Shown: one piece after another, positions 37,646 through 50,410 of the stretch
How positions within the stretch are numbered: the stretch's first letter is position 1
How the letters are laid out: each line of letters begins with the position of its first letter
Assembly: GCA_012026655.1 (NCBI GenBank)
Contig: JAAILG010000094.1
Location: 62,001 to 126,000, forward strand
Direction of reading: 5' to 3'
DNA length: 64,000 nucleotides
Origin: Hydrolagus affinis
Taxonomy: Eukaryota
Made by a program: the position numbers and the translations under genes
The notes under the pieces: generated by a model
What the model was told of the DNA's origin: nothing
Databases searched by the model: none
What the model saw: the letters and a program-made list of their open reading frames with translations, nothing else

Positions 37646-38655
37646 TTAATAATTGTGTACGAGGAGAAAAATAGTGCCAGTGCTTCCCTAAGCTGATTGC
37701 CTCAATGGCACTGTGCCAACATCTGTATACTACATGCAAAGCGTTCAGGTTCAGAGGCTGCTTCTCCACACAGTACAGTCATATAGATTTTCCAGTCTTG
37801 CTCCCTGCACAGTAACGCACTGTAGATATCTTTCTGACATCCACTCAGTGTGAAATACACTGAACCACGTTGTTGTTGTTGTTGTTGTTGATCTTGCAGT
37901 GCCACTGATCAGTTCATTAATGTTACACAGAGCAATTGCATGTTATAATGTTGTAAAGCTCCTGCCAGTTTAATGATTGGTGCCAGGAGAGAGTACTGGG
38001 CCCCATTTGTACTGTGTCAAATTGGGTGAAGCAAACATCTGTACTGGCACATTTTTTCCTCTCACCATTCTTCAACAACAACAACAAAATGAAATTAGCT
38101 TTGCACCTTCAGAATGCTGAACTGATAGTCTAGACATTACTGGGTAGTGCCACAAGCACCTGAGTTACAGAGCTGAGAAGGTATTTTGTCCCTGATATTT
38201 CTACATAAATATGATATGAACATTGATTTCAAACAAAACTCTATTCTTATTTTTTCCTTCATATTTGGAAAAAAACAAAAAAGACAATGCAGCTGCACAG
38301 CTGACTTTGAACAATTACCTGTAGAATTGCTAATGGAATAGTTTCCTGATAACACTATGGAATGGGGGACAATTGTAGTACAATTCCTTCAATTTGTTTT
38401 ATTTACAAAACACACAGTCATTCCACTTTACATAAAAATCCAGTGAAGCACTTTGTGATGTCTCAACAATGTAATAGGTTGCTACTATACCAATTGCATG
38501 GATTGTTATAGTAAGGTCAGGTGCAGGTATGCAAAGAACTGCTCACCATAGTCTTGCCCTTGTAACCCTTCACCTATTGGTAACTTATTTCAGTCTTGTT
38601 GCAGGCAACACCAACTATTGTCCAAGTAAAGTCCAGCAAGGAGTAAGGGAATGAG

Positions 38656-38970
38656 CAAAACTATAAATACTGCAGATGCTGGAAACCTGAAACTAAAACA
38701 GAAGTAGAGTTAGTAAGGGAATGAGTGTTGGAGGACGAAGTACCAACTGATGCATCATTAACCCATCACCCCCTGTCCTATATCCTATCTTCTCCTTTGT
38801 CTTCCTTGCCCTCCCCTGTCTCTCCACTCTCTGTTAATCCTTAAAAGCCTCTCTCTCTCTCTCAATATGCCCCAGTTCTGAAGGGTCATGGACTGGAAAT
38901 GTTTGCTCACTTTCCTTTCTCCATAGATGCTGCCTGATCTGTTGAGTGTTCCCAGGGACTTCTGTTTTTG
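38656..38970. mobile_element. Penelope-like pLTR insertion split into an inverted 3' piece (38656-38705, minus) and a forward piece (38729-38970, plus)
   Basis: Homologous to 7167-7430; target-like sequence agtaagggaatgag / ggaatgagtgt occurs three times. Confidence 0.82.
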
Positions 38971-40124
38971 TAGGAATGAGTGTAAGAAGAGGAAGCACCA
39001 AAGGCCATTCTTATCCACTTCCTGGAAGCCTTGATCCCAAGTGGGATTGGAAGAGGCGCCAAAGCCTTCCCAGGCAGAGTGGGGATCAAAGCCGAGACCT
39101 TGGTGGCTGTGGTGTCTACATCTACATACTGAATAAACATACTGAAGCAACAGAGGAGTCTATGTATTCACACTTAACTTCAGTGCAGAGCTCTGCTCTT
39201 TCACTGGCGATCTGCTTAATGTGAAAATGCCCTTCACTTGTTTTCTGACATTAGAAACTTAAAGGCAGCCTGGCAGACTGTCTGGGCTTGTGTTAATTGC
39301 TCTCTTCAGTTTATATAAAATTGGCTTGGGTTTATTGTTGTTACACTGGTGCTAAGTCAAGTGGACTGACATGACTCTTCGAGTTGCTCTCAACAACTGA
39401 GCAAATGCTGCAGTCAGGATGGATGTTTCACAATTGAATGTGTGTAGTGATAGACTCTGCATCATAACTGCACTGTTAAACATGGCACATTCCCAGCCCA
39501 CTGTAAAGCAGTGCACATACTGTGCTGCAGTAACAATGTTGAAATGGGACTGTGCGTTGAGCTCGGCAGCAATGTCTGTTTTCTAATTCTAGATATGATG
39601 TGACAATCAATTGTGCGATGATGATAGGAAACATCTGTGTGACTTGAAAGCTGTAAAGGACATTGAATACTCAAGAGGGTTAGATACAGGAATCCGATTT
39701 TACACTTCAAAGCATGCAGCTTTATCACTACCCGATATATAAAAACAGTAGCTAAGGTTGCAAATGATAATATGCACGGTTGAAGGATACCTGGGAAACT
39801 CACCAAAAATAATCCTTTGCCATATTGTTACAGATCATTAATGAAAAGTGATACAACCATTTATTTTCACATTTGTAGTAGTCACCTGGGGATACATTGT
39901 ATGAATTTCTTTTGGTTGTCAAAGTAAGCTTACAATTAGGTAACAGGCACTTTTAAAAAAAATATTGTTCATGATAAAAGCTTAATGATTTAGAGACTTG
40001 ACTTGAAGGAACACGAGACACAAAATCTTTCATTGGCTTAGCCTTCAATACAGTGCCTTCAAAAGACCAGCAGAAAACTGGCTGTACAAGTTCCGAATGA
40101 ATATATGAATTGACTTAAAACAAT

Positions 40125-40610
40125 ACAAATAATCTTGCATTTGATAACAGTGCTTTTCACGTCTTCTAGACCAGTTGTTCTCAACCTTTTTCAGTAATGT
40201 ACCCCTTGTTAATTTTCAACATTATCGTGTCCCCCACCCAACCACATACACACAGACACCACACCCCTCATTCCACTTGCATTTTATGACCAAGCTTTTC
40301 TTGTATAACAAAATAACTAGTACATACAAAACAAGGGCAATAACAATTAAATATACAATTTGGAAGGCTATAAAATGCTAAATAAGAGAGCTAAATAAAT
40401 CAATGTACTGCCACCTGTACCCCCTGGAAGTAATTTTGTACCCCCTGGGGTACATGTACCCCTGGTTGAGAACCGCTGTTCTAGACGTCTCAAAGCACTT
40501 CACAGAATACACTATAAAGTGAATTGATTGTATATATGTGGGAGAAAAGCAGAAGCCAATTGTGCACAGCAGTGTCCCACAAACAGTCTTGGATTGAAAT
40601 GACCAATTTT
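40125..40610 (-). mobile_element. SINE 3' half (tail type C) interrupted by a hAT MITE
   Basis: aatcttgcatttgat...cacgtcttctagac | gtctcaaagcacttcacagaatac... rejoins perfectly once the MITE and one TSD are removed. Confidence 0.88.
40172..40478. mobile_element. hAT-Charlie-type MITE (307 bp) with perfect 8-bp TSD
   Basis: TIRs cagttgttctcaacc and rc cagcggttctcaacc; TSD ttctagac at 40164-40171 and 40479-40486 fits the Charlie NTCTAGAN preference; subterminal gtacccc repeats. Confidence 0.93.
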
Positions 40611-40864
40611 AAAAATTATTCTAAAGCAAAGTTGGTCTTAAGGGTAAAACCGTGCAAAACTTCAGAGCTCCGATTATTTTCTTCTAAATCCTCAGAATTA
40701 GTTTCGAGCACACAATTAAAAAACAGTGTCACTCTTTTTTTACCATAATATCTGGAGATGAAAATAACTGATTTGTTTGTTAGCTTTGATCTACAATGTT
40801 GAAGCAGTAACCTGAGTCAAACACTACACCGGTAGAAGTTCCACTCATCAAAATTTACTTTATT

Positions 40865-41172
40865 TTCCTTACTCCACACATACACACCTCTGTTTACCCA
40901 GCTGTAAGCAGCAATCATTTGTTAATTGATTGGTGGATTGCTGTTCTGGCGGTAATAATCCCTTAACAAAAATAATAAGTAATTTGGTCACTCAATCCAT
41001 TGTTGTTCGTGGGTCACTGCTATGCACCGTTTATGCACCGGCTGCCACGTTTCGCCCACAACATATACAGTCAATTCACATTACGATATATTCTGTGAAG
41101 CAATTTGAGATGTTTAAAAGACGTGATGAGGTGCTACATCAAATGCAATGATTATCATTATTATTATTATTG
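40865..41172 (+). mobile_element. SINE lacking head (tail type C)
   Basis: ttccttactccacac...aatttggtcactcaatcc...atcaaatgcaatgattatcattattattatt. Confidence 0.85.
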
Positions 41173-42984
41173 ATTTGAGAGCGTTCTTAACGTGGCAAAT
41201 TCTTAAATACAGCCTTAATTTGGAAGTTAGTTTTCTCTAATTCATTTTGAGGGCTACTGAAAACCTGCTTCAAAGTTGACTGAATATAACAATTTACCCA
41301 AATTCTGGATGCTCTGAAATGATACATAAATAAAGTACATCTAGTCCCAGGTGGAATTTCTACCCTTTGGCATGTAAAAAAACAACTCACAAGGCAGTGT
41401 TGGACTGTTAACTTAACTCTGTGCTACACTATTACTGAGGTTTTCAATTCAACACAAGCACACAATTCATTTCCACTGAACAATTCCTCATAAACTGATG
41501 GATCCCCTTCTGCTTTATGGGATTCACTTTGTGGCTGCATCCGTCATTTCTGCTTGGCAGGCCTGCCTTACTTCATTCTGCTGCTCTCTGCTCTGCCCGG
41601 GGTGCAAGCGATGCATGTCATTGTGGCATTTACTATGGAGCAGATGGAGCCTATGCTAATAACTGTGTGAATGTGAATGTGAGCCAGAGCAAGCGTGACC
41701 TGGGTGCCCTGCCCCGCCATGCAGTGTGCATTGCCGCCGTGTGAACCAGACACAGTTTGCACTGAATGAAACCTTTGACAATTGTTGTAATTAGGTTCTA
41801 CAGATGTTACCCGTTATAAGCCAGGACTTCCTTTGTGCTTTACCAGTTAATTTGGGTATTTATTATTATCGGCAAGGCCTCATTTATTGGATAGAGCTCC
41901 AGTCTCGAATAAAATAAACACAACACAATTAAGAGTTAATTTGATCTGAGTGCTAAGACAGCACTTAATCTCCTAATATAGTCTGCAGCCTTTTTGGAAA
42001 AAAATAGATGTTCAGGCTCCAGTGAAGGAGTCAGGGTTCAGAAAATGCACAAAACTATTTGAAGGATTTAAATGCATTTTTTAGTCCAAAGTTTAAAAAG
42101 GCCTTGATTATTGCACAAATAGTTTTCAGTTTTAGTAATTACATACCACAAGGCACAGAATATTTATCTACATACCAGAGAAAACAGATTGTTTTGATGC
42201 GAAAGCAGTTACTTAACAAAGATTTTAAATGCCAGATTTAAGCTATGTACAAATGCACGTTTTAAAAAAGATATTCCATCATTCTGGATTAGTCCAGCAT
42301 CCATCTTTATGCAGTGGGACATTAGCACAAAGTAGTTATTCAGGAATTGGGTGACAAATTGGTGAGTTGCTTCCATTTAGGCTAATTATGCCCAAGAGTA
42401 CTGGCACATTTTATTAATGTTTCCAATAAATATGACAAAGAGCAAGGCCTTCAGAGGAGGCGTGTGCATTCAACTCACTTTTAATTAGGCTACAGCTCTG
42501 TAGAGTACTTTACATTTTGGGGCAGACAAATTCTTATAAATATTAGGGAGGAATTTGTGGTATATGATAATTGTTACCTGCTGGAGTTTGGGATCATTTG
42601 TGTCTAAATCATTACAAACTCCTCAAGGACAGTTTAGGGCTGGACAGACCTCTTGTCAGACCTTTGGAAACTGATTTGTCCCACAATATTGAAATGACGT
42701 CATCTTGTTTTCTTTGTTATTAAAGAAAATGGATGCAAGGGTTTATTGATTGCAATTCTAGGCACTAAAGTGGCTTTTAATTTGAATGTTTGGTGTATTT
42801 ATTTTTAAGCAATTATCAGCCAAAGTAATGCAAAATTGTTGCTCTTCCTATAAAAAGTGTATGATTTCTCAAACTGGACACTTGAGTAACAACGCAAATA
42901 GGTCTCACATTTGTACAGGTCATTAGAAGGGAAACCTTATCTTAGCTATCGTACAATACACCTATCACAGCAACATGCTGCCTT

Positions 42985-43270
42985 TTACAGAGTCCACCTT
43001 CCTGATCTCAAACAACCTTCCGGTAACCCATTCCAGTCACCAATTACCCTCCAAGTAAATAAATATTTCCTGGCGTTTGTCACCCTCAACTTGTTTCTTC
43101 TTGTTCTACTGTTTTGGCACATTTGAGAGTATTGATCTGGGTTTTCTTTCACATTTGATAATGTGATGGGAATATGACTAGGTTTTTTTTTCTGCAAGGA
43201 TAAGATCACATGGAGCAAAGTGCTTTCCTCAGCTAAAATCATCTAATGGCCTTGTGATGCCTCTGTAACC
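42985..43270 (-). mobile_element. CR1 ORF2 C-terminal fragment
   Basis: RTRRNKLRVTNARKYLFTWRVIGDWNGLP resembles the CR1 RGH..KL...R..FF..RV...WN.LP motif. Confidence 0.7.
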
Positions 43271-43979
43271 AATGGTGGGTCTTGGCTGTCATTTGGATAT
43301 TATCAGCACTTCCCAGAAACCTGCATTCTTTTTACAATCTTGAGAAATTATTGAATCTTTCAGTTAGTAGGAATTGCTAAATATTTTTAAATTTGCACCC
43401 ACAATATACTGAATAGCATATTAATTGGATTACCATCAACCAAGTCAAGTCTTTGTTGGAGGTTATAATGAAGGCAGATGATATTCAGAATGAGTTAGTA
43501 ATCTGAAAATTGTTGATCACATTATTTATTGACCTAGACTTGGGCAGCTATTGCTTATTCAAAAGGCAGTGCTGATATTTTGATCGCCATGTCAAGGAAC
43601 ATTAATATTCAGTGTACAATTTTTGCATATAAATGAAAATAAGGAACAACTCTTGAATAAAGTATGCATACTTGCTCTTGTAATGCTTAACAATCCAGAG
43701 GCTTTGCCCATTTCATTTCCAATAATAATTGAAGATTAAGAAGGGAATGTATTCCCTTCACTGCTCAATTGAAGTCGCTGACTCTTGCTAGGGCACAATT
43801 CCACAGAAACCAGTCAACCTCTCATACTTTGCCTCCATGGTTAGCTATCATATGTGAGCATGAACACAATGCTGTTGGGTGGTATCATGATTTTGTAGAA
43901 GTATGTGGTTTCTGCTATATCCAATACCCTCCCATAGCCTGCTTTGCTTACTTCCTGGGGGGAGGGGGTATTACCAATT

Positions 43980-44210
43980 ATAATAATATAAATATTATTC
44001 ATTCTTGCAGTTGATTTTCCGCCTTATCATAGCTCATGTGATGTCTCAAAGCGCTTCAGAGAATATATGGGTTCCTACTTACAGCTAGGTAAACAGGGGC
44101 AGTGTGAAGTACGGAAACTTGCTGAAGGTTTCAATCTACCATGGAATCAAACCCAGTTCCTCTTGCTTGAAAGGCGAGCTTACTAACCACTATGCTATTG
44201 AACTGTACAG
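43980..44210 (-). mobile_element. tRNA-headed SINE, internally deleted
   Basis: Tail rc, then aggtaaacagggg...ggaatcaaacccagttcctcttgcttgaaaggcgagcttactaaccactatgcta. Confidence 0.75.
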
Positions 44211-44769
44211 GACACTATCACTGTCCTCAAGGTCGTTCCTGTGCCCATACGCTGTGCACTTACTTCCCATAGATACGAGAAATCATCTTAGACCAGTCTG
44301 GGAACGAACAATCACAAATCGAGCTTTGTTTCACAAGCTCTATCTTCAGGAAACTGAAAATATCCGTAATCTCACAAATTAAACATTTGCCAATTATAAT
44401 AGTAAAAATAAGTTACTATATAAAGCACAGAATGCAAATATTTAAAACAATGAATAAATGTAACTAGAAACTAGAACACAAGATTGCTGGGATTTCAAGG
44501 ATGGTTCCAGTAATGAACTGTCTTTAAAACACAGACATTGTCACAGGCTACATATCTTTGTTCCTTATGGTCTCTCTCTCTTTCTCTCTGTAGCTCTTTC
44601 TCTTCGTCCTTCTTAGTTTGTCATTTGTCACTGCACACTTGCTGTGCCCCTACAATTAAGCACTCTTTCTGGACAGGTTTCATACTTTCCAGTACAATTT
44701 TGTACTTTGAACATTACAGAGCCATTCGATAAAGGCATTCAAATTATGAGCCATTCGTTCCCTGAATCT

Positions 44770-44920
44770 TAGAAACCTAGAAATCAGCAGCACAGAAGGG
44801 GGCCTTTCAGCCAGTCAAGTCTGCAGGAAATCAGATCAATCTTGACATTAATCCCACTGCCCTGCCCCAAACTTCTTCAAGCCCCTCTTTTTTATATACT
44901 TGTCTATTTCCCACTTGAAA
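44770..44920 (-). mobile_element. CR1 3' end
   Basis: tagaaacctagaaatcagcagcacagaagggggcctttcagcc... Confidence 0.6.
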
Positions 44921-46559
44921 GCAAAACATATTCATTATGTGAAGGGAACACAACTAAACTTGACACCACATTCGCTGCTCCAGACAATACACTGAAAATT
45001 CAATCGCGCTTTCTGTGAACAAGACTTCAGAAAGCATCCGAAACAAGTTTGTTGTAGATTTATGCATTTCTACGTTAAAAAAACCCAAAGGTTTCAAAAC
45101 AATTCATGGATTAGGATTTTCTGAAAACAGTGAAGAATTGGACTGAGCACAGTTTATATTAATCCTTGGAGTTGTATAGCTCCTTATCACATCCTCAAAG
45201 AGTCTCGAAGCGTTTCAAAGAATCTTACCGTGAAGTGTCGTCACTGTGTATTTGTAGGCCAATGTGACAGCCAATTTGCGCACATCTAGATTTCTTCTGG
45301 ATTGTGACAGAAACAGCAATGAAATGAATGCTTATAGTTTGGGGGAGGGAGCGTTGTTGGCCAGGTTGGACTGAAAAAGTAAAATAGTAATGAACCACAT
45401 GACTTTAAAACCTAAGTGAGCTCCTGACCCCACCTGCTTTATGCCGTTGGACAGAAGCCTTCAATGTAATGATAAGTGACCTTTCAGATTATTTTGAGTT
45501 TCAACTAAGGTGGATGTGTCCTTCAAATCATTGCAAACATGCTCATTTATCTTTATATGCCTTGACATTATGAAAATAAAGATGCTTGAATGGAAATGAG
45601 TAAATCTTGCCTGACGGTTCTTAAGGAGCTTTTAGTGCTGTCTGGAATGTTTGCTAAAGTGGACAGATGAAGCCAACATGCCACAAGCACACTTTTAACA
45701 GACAAGGCTCTGTTTCCAGTTTATTTCAATGGGGCTCGAGATCTCTTGTCAAATAACAGAAGACTCTCGACAGTCTATTGAGCAAATTGGCAATTAAATT
45801 TATACCATTCAGAAGTATTCACTTTCAAAATGTCTTCATCATCCTCTTGCTATCTCCACATCCCCAATCCCCACCCACCACCCCCCCACTCAAAGCCCTC
45901 TGGAAATTGAGACAAAATGAAGCATCATAAACTGTGCAGCCTTTCATGTCAAGAACTGTTAGCCTTTGAGTGTTTTAAGCATAAAAAATGCAAGCAACAA
46001 ACTTTGTTGCAGTTTAACTTGTGGTTAATTGGAACATCTTGGAAACTGTTAGGTTTGATCAAAGCAGGTAGAGAGAATCCGTCTCAGATTCTCTTGAGTT
46101 AATCACATTGGATGGCTACTTGCTTCCAAGATATAGAAAAACTCACATTTTATGTTGCAGTTTTGTGCTGTAGCTCTTCAGTGTAACCCTCTCTGATATT
46201 CTGTAACCTATGATCCAAAATACAAGACATTATTCATGACTCTCTTACTAACAGATCACGTAATATAATCTGCTCCTGCCACTAATATACTTTTGAATGG
46301 TTCACAGAGACCAGGGTCCTGATTCCCCTTGGGTGCCAGCACTTTGTACCTGGCTATTATTTTTTTTCCCTTTTGCAGGCTCAGATGGAGGATTTGTGAC
46401 AATGATCGATGGGAGAAATGTGCCCTCCATCTGTTGGCTGTAAGGGTCCCATATGAAAAATGTTTGGCAGTTTCAACATTGGTTCTAATCAGAGCGGTTC
46501 GTAGCATACAACTGCCCTTGACTCAATATTAAAATGATAATCTTACTCAGGGAACCACA

Positions 46560-46700
46560 GGCTGGCTAGCATGTGGAATGCAAACATCACACTGATGTAA
46601 TAATAGGAGTTGTTTGGTTGGGATTCTGAGAGGAGTGCCTGAGGGGTCTGTGCTGGGCCTTCTTGTTGTTAAGTATAAATAAATGAAGTGAGATGCAGTG
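46560..46700 (+). mobile_element. CR1/L2 RT remnant
   Basis: ggagtgcctgaggggtctgtgctgggccttctt encodes GVPEGSVLGLL, a decayed GVPQGSVLGPLL. Confidence 0.6.
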
Positions 46701-48234
46701 TAAGGTAATTCAATTTGTTTGTGTGTCGTTACCAATGAAGATTTGTTGCTGCCCTTTGCCCACTTATTAACAATCACTATGCTTCAAAGCAACAAATGTT
46801 GTTGTTATACAGTAATAATAACTATAATAATAATCTTGCGTTTGATATAGAGATTTGTCATATTGATAAGCAAAGCACTTCATAGGATTTACTATAAAGT
46901 ATAGTGACTATTTATTTGAGCTTGATAGGATTTGATGTGCAGTGAATTGAATGTATGCCGAAAGGTCACAAGGCATACATGTGTTATAACTGAATTGTAT
47001 CACATAGGAGAGTTGATCTATAAAAAGGACAATACAACCACCAAGAAAAGTGTTGTTATATCTTATTCTTTCCCTTTTGCTTTGTGTTATCAAGTCAATA
47101 TTACTATGCACATGTTATAGAGGAGAAAAATGGTGGTCATATTATAACTCAACCAGCAATATACACAACTTAAAAATATATGTCACTTATAATTTGACCA
47201 CTGCATATATAAGCACACACCTATTCTGATATTAGACTGTCATTTTTATTTTATCTTTCTATAACAATCATTCCTCACAGTTTCTTGGCAATTCTATTCT
47301 CTTCAAAAAATATCAAAGGAATCTGAAGCTAGTGGCACATAGTCTGTTGAGCTAAATATTTTTTCCCTTGACTATCACGGCTATAAAATAATGTGAAAAA
47401 TAATAATAATGCAGCCAACAGCTACCCTAACCTTTTGAATCGTAAGTTAACATTAAAAGTGACAAGGCTGACATCTTTCAAATGATTGGAAGAACATTGC
47501 TGTGACACTGTTGTGACAGATTCAACCACTCCTTATTGATCTACATCTTACCAGAAAGAGCCCTGAGATTTGGAGTTTGATTCTTTTTCTACATAACACA
47601 CCTGACACAAATTTACAAAATACATTATAGCCACATGAGTTTAAGGTATACAAAAATTATGCTGTGACTCATTAAATGCTGAGGCAAGTTCTGAACATAT
47701 TAACTAACGCTGTACTGTACAGCTTACAATTTGAGAATGGCACTCTTCCTCTTTATGCCTCAATGCACAATTACTGCACTTTGCAGGATATCCTGTACAA
47801 AGCTTTGAGTCATCTTCCTAACATGTAGGGTGTTATATGAAATGTAAGTATTGATTCATTATTATTGTTACCATTATTATTTTGCGCTGTGTTGTATTTT
47901 GTGCCTCTTTTTTTAAAAAAAGCTCCTGATGCCTGGCTGTAGGCTCAAATATGGAAAACATCAGCTGTGTCAGAGTCAGGTTAAAGAGCACAAATATTAA
48001 GCTGTGTCGAAAAGAAAATGCACTTATATGGTAAAGAAGTGGAGCTTTTGCAACATTTATTCGATCGTTAACTTTTTATTGACGTTGAATCCCAGCCAAT
48101 AAAGAAAGGGAGAACAAAGAGAACACACCTCACCCATTACGGCTAAGATTGCATTGCAGATTGGGAACATGGATGGAGATAAATATCCTGAGTGTACAAT
48201 GAGTCTTGGCTGAGAAAAGACATGAATCGAATAA

Positions 48235-48735
48235 CCAACAACAACAATCAAAAAATTACATTTATATAGCGCCTTTCACCCTGGGATCATGTTCCAAGGT
48301 ACTGGACAGTCAATGTTTCAGTCCCGAGCTGGGGTCAGGATCGGATAGGGTAGAGGGAAAGGAGAGGATTTGGGGTGGCCGATGGGATTGTTGAAGAGGA
48401 GGATCTTGAGGCAGGACTTGAAGGAAGCTAGGGAGGGGGCGATAGTGCGATGGAATTCCAGAGGATAGGAGCAGAGTGGCTGAAGGCTTGACCGCCGATA
48501 GTTGGGCGGATAGGTTGGGGCACATGGAGCAGGCCAGAGCCCTCTGAGCAGAGGGAGCAGGTGAGCTGGTAGGGGGTTAGGAGGTCGTAGATGTAGGGTG
48601 GGGCAAGGTCATGGGTCATGGAGGGCTTTGCAGGTGAGGACCAGGAACTTGAATTGAATCCTCTGGGTGATGGAGAGCCAATGGAGTCGGGCGAGAATGG
48701 GGGAGATGAGGTCATGGATCGGAGCGGTAGAGGAA
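48235..48735 (-). mobile_element. L2 3' fragment (tail type B)
   Basis: LAPPYIYDLLTPYQ..SGLLHVPQPIRPTIGGQAFSHSAPILWNSI; tail rc caacaacaatcaaaaaattacatttatatagcgcctttc. Confidence 0.9.
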
Positions 48736-49247
48736 ACAGGACAATTGTTCATCAGCATTCTGGGAAAAACTCTTCTCATTTTGAACAGTGATACTTAATG
48801 TTTAGTGTCTTGTCTGAAGGGTGCTGAATATGCTATAAAGGGCAATTTAGTCTAGACTTAGTCTAGACTATGCTTGAAATCTCTTTGTAACCGAGACATG
48901 GAAGCATTACCACCAGAGACAGTTTGATACTTAAATATCATACAATCATACAGCCTAAATATAATACAATGTTCAGAGGAGGCTAGTTCCAGCTCCTGCA
49001 TGAAAGCAATAATTCTGAATCCTACTTCACTGCATTTTGCCTAGACCCTTCTTGGAAAACCATTGTTTCTTTTCAAATAGTTATCCAACTGGAGGACATT
49101 AATTCAAATAAAAACTAAACAATAAAAAAAGCTCAAGGGTAAAATAATCCATTAGCATTAAGACAGGATGGCTGTCTTTGCTTGTGATTCCCTATGATCG
49201 AAAATCTTGTTGACTTGTGGGCTCTGGGGAAAGATCCTAACAATATC

Positions 49248-49612
49248 CACAACAAAATTATATTTGTTTAGCAACTATCACATTTGCAGGACGTCCCAAT
49301 GTGCTGGACAGATGGGGTTGGGTTCGAGGAGGGTGAAGGGAAGGGAGGGGAAGGGGATGACCAATGGAGTGATCGATGAGGAAGGTCTTGAGGTAAGACT
49401 AGGAAAGGGGCAAGGCGGAGAGATGGTGGTTTGGGGGCAGAGTGGCTAGAGGCTTGCCTGCCAATGATGGGACAGATAGGTCGGGGGCATGGAGCAGGCT
49501 ACAGCCCACTGAGTGGACAGGTTCGTAGGGGCTTAGGAGATCACAGTGATCATAGGAGATCACAGAGATCACGGTGGGGAAAGTCCATGGAAGGCTTTAA
49601 TGGTGAGGACCA
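49248..49612 (-). mobile_element. L2 3' fragment (tail type B), decayed
   Basis: Homologous to 48235-48735 (ggggcatggagcagg, aggctttaatggtgaggacca). Confidence 0.8.
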
Positions 49613-49616
49613 AGTG

Positions 49617-49722
49617 TGAAAGACAGTATTGCGTTCACTCACTTTCCCTTCTCCATAGATGCTGCCCGACTTGCAGTGTTCCCAATGACTTCTGTTTTGA
49701 TTTCAGATTTCCAGCATCTGTA
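49617..49722 (+). mobile_element. Penelope-like pLTR 3' fragment
   Basis: ttctccatagatgctgcccgacttgcagtgttcccaatgacttctgttttgatttcagatttccagcatctg, homologous to 38910-38970 and rc of 7170-7260. Confidence 0.8.
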
Positions 49723-50159
49723 TATAAAGTAGAATCTCCAATTCCATCTCACACATTGCAAAATTGTGAAGCTGTAGAAAAGGGGGAGACTCAGCAATAA
49801 CTAAACACATGGAGACCGCTCTGACTAGCATTATATAGTTATACAGTGACTGATGGCATCAGGAGTTGCTCATCCAATACAATTAAGTGAAATGAGCATT
49901 GCAGTGGTTCAAATACTGTTATTGCTTGTCAATATTCATTTGTCTTATTTTAATTATATCACTATATGGTAGAGCTTTTGGATATAAATTACTGGCAACT
50001 GTTCCATTTATTATCACAGGAAAAAGATGTTGATTTTATAGCATCTTCAGCCCATAGCCAAAACATTCACAATAAAGGGATTGCTGGCATTGGAAAATCA
50101 AGAAGCAGCATTCACATTTTTCTCTCTCCATCAAGACAGAATGTAATCATCACACAAAT

Positions 50160-50410
50160 AATAACAACAATCCTTGCATTTGCTATAGTGTCTTTCATGT
50201 TGGAAGGATGTCCCAAAGTGCTTTGCAGGATATATTGCAAATCGAAGCAGCTGTATGTTTTGAAGGCAGCTTTTAATGCATACAGCAAAGTCCCACAAAC
50301 AGCCATGAAGTAAATGACCAATTTTATTGAGGGATTGTTGGCCAGGACACTGGTTGAAATCTCCTGTTCTTTTCAAATTGGGATCTTTAATATCCATTAA
50401 ATAAGCACAC
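50160..50410 (-). mobile_element. Deu-domain SINE 3' half
   Basis: aatccttgcatttgctatagtg...ttggccaggacactgg...gggatctttaatatcca. Confidence 0.78.

Noticed and set aside
38946-39224. 92-aa ORF after an acceptor-like ttctgtttttgtag
   Set aside because: Starts inside the PLE remnant and appears to run through an antisense SINE-head-like sequence; no recognisable protein
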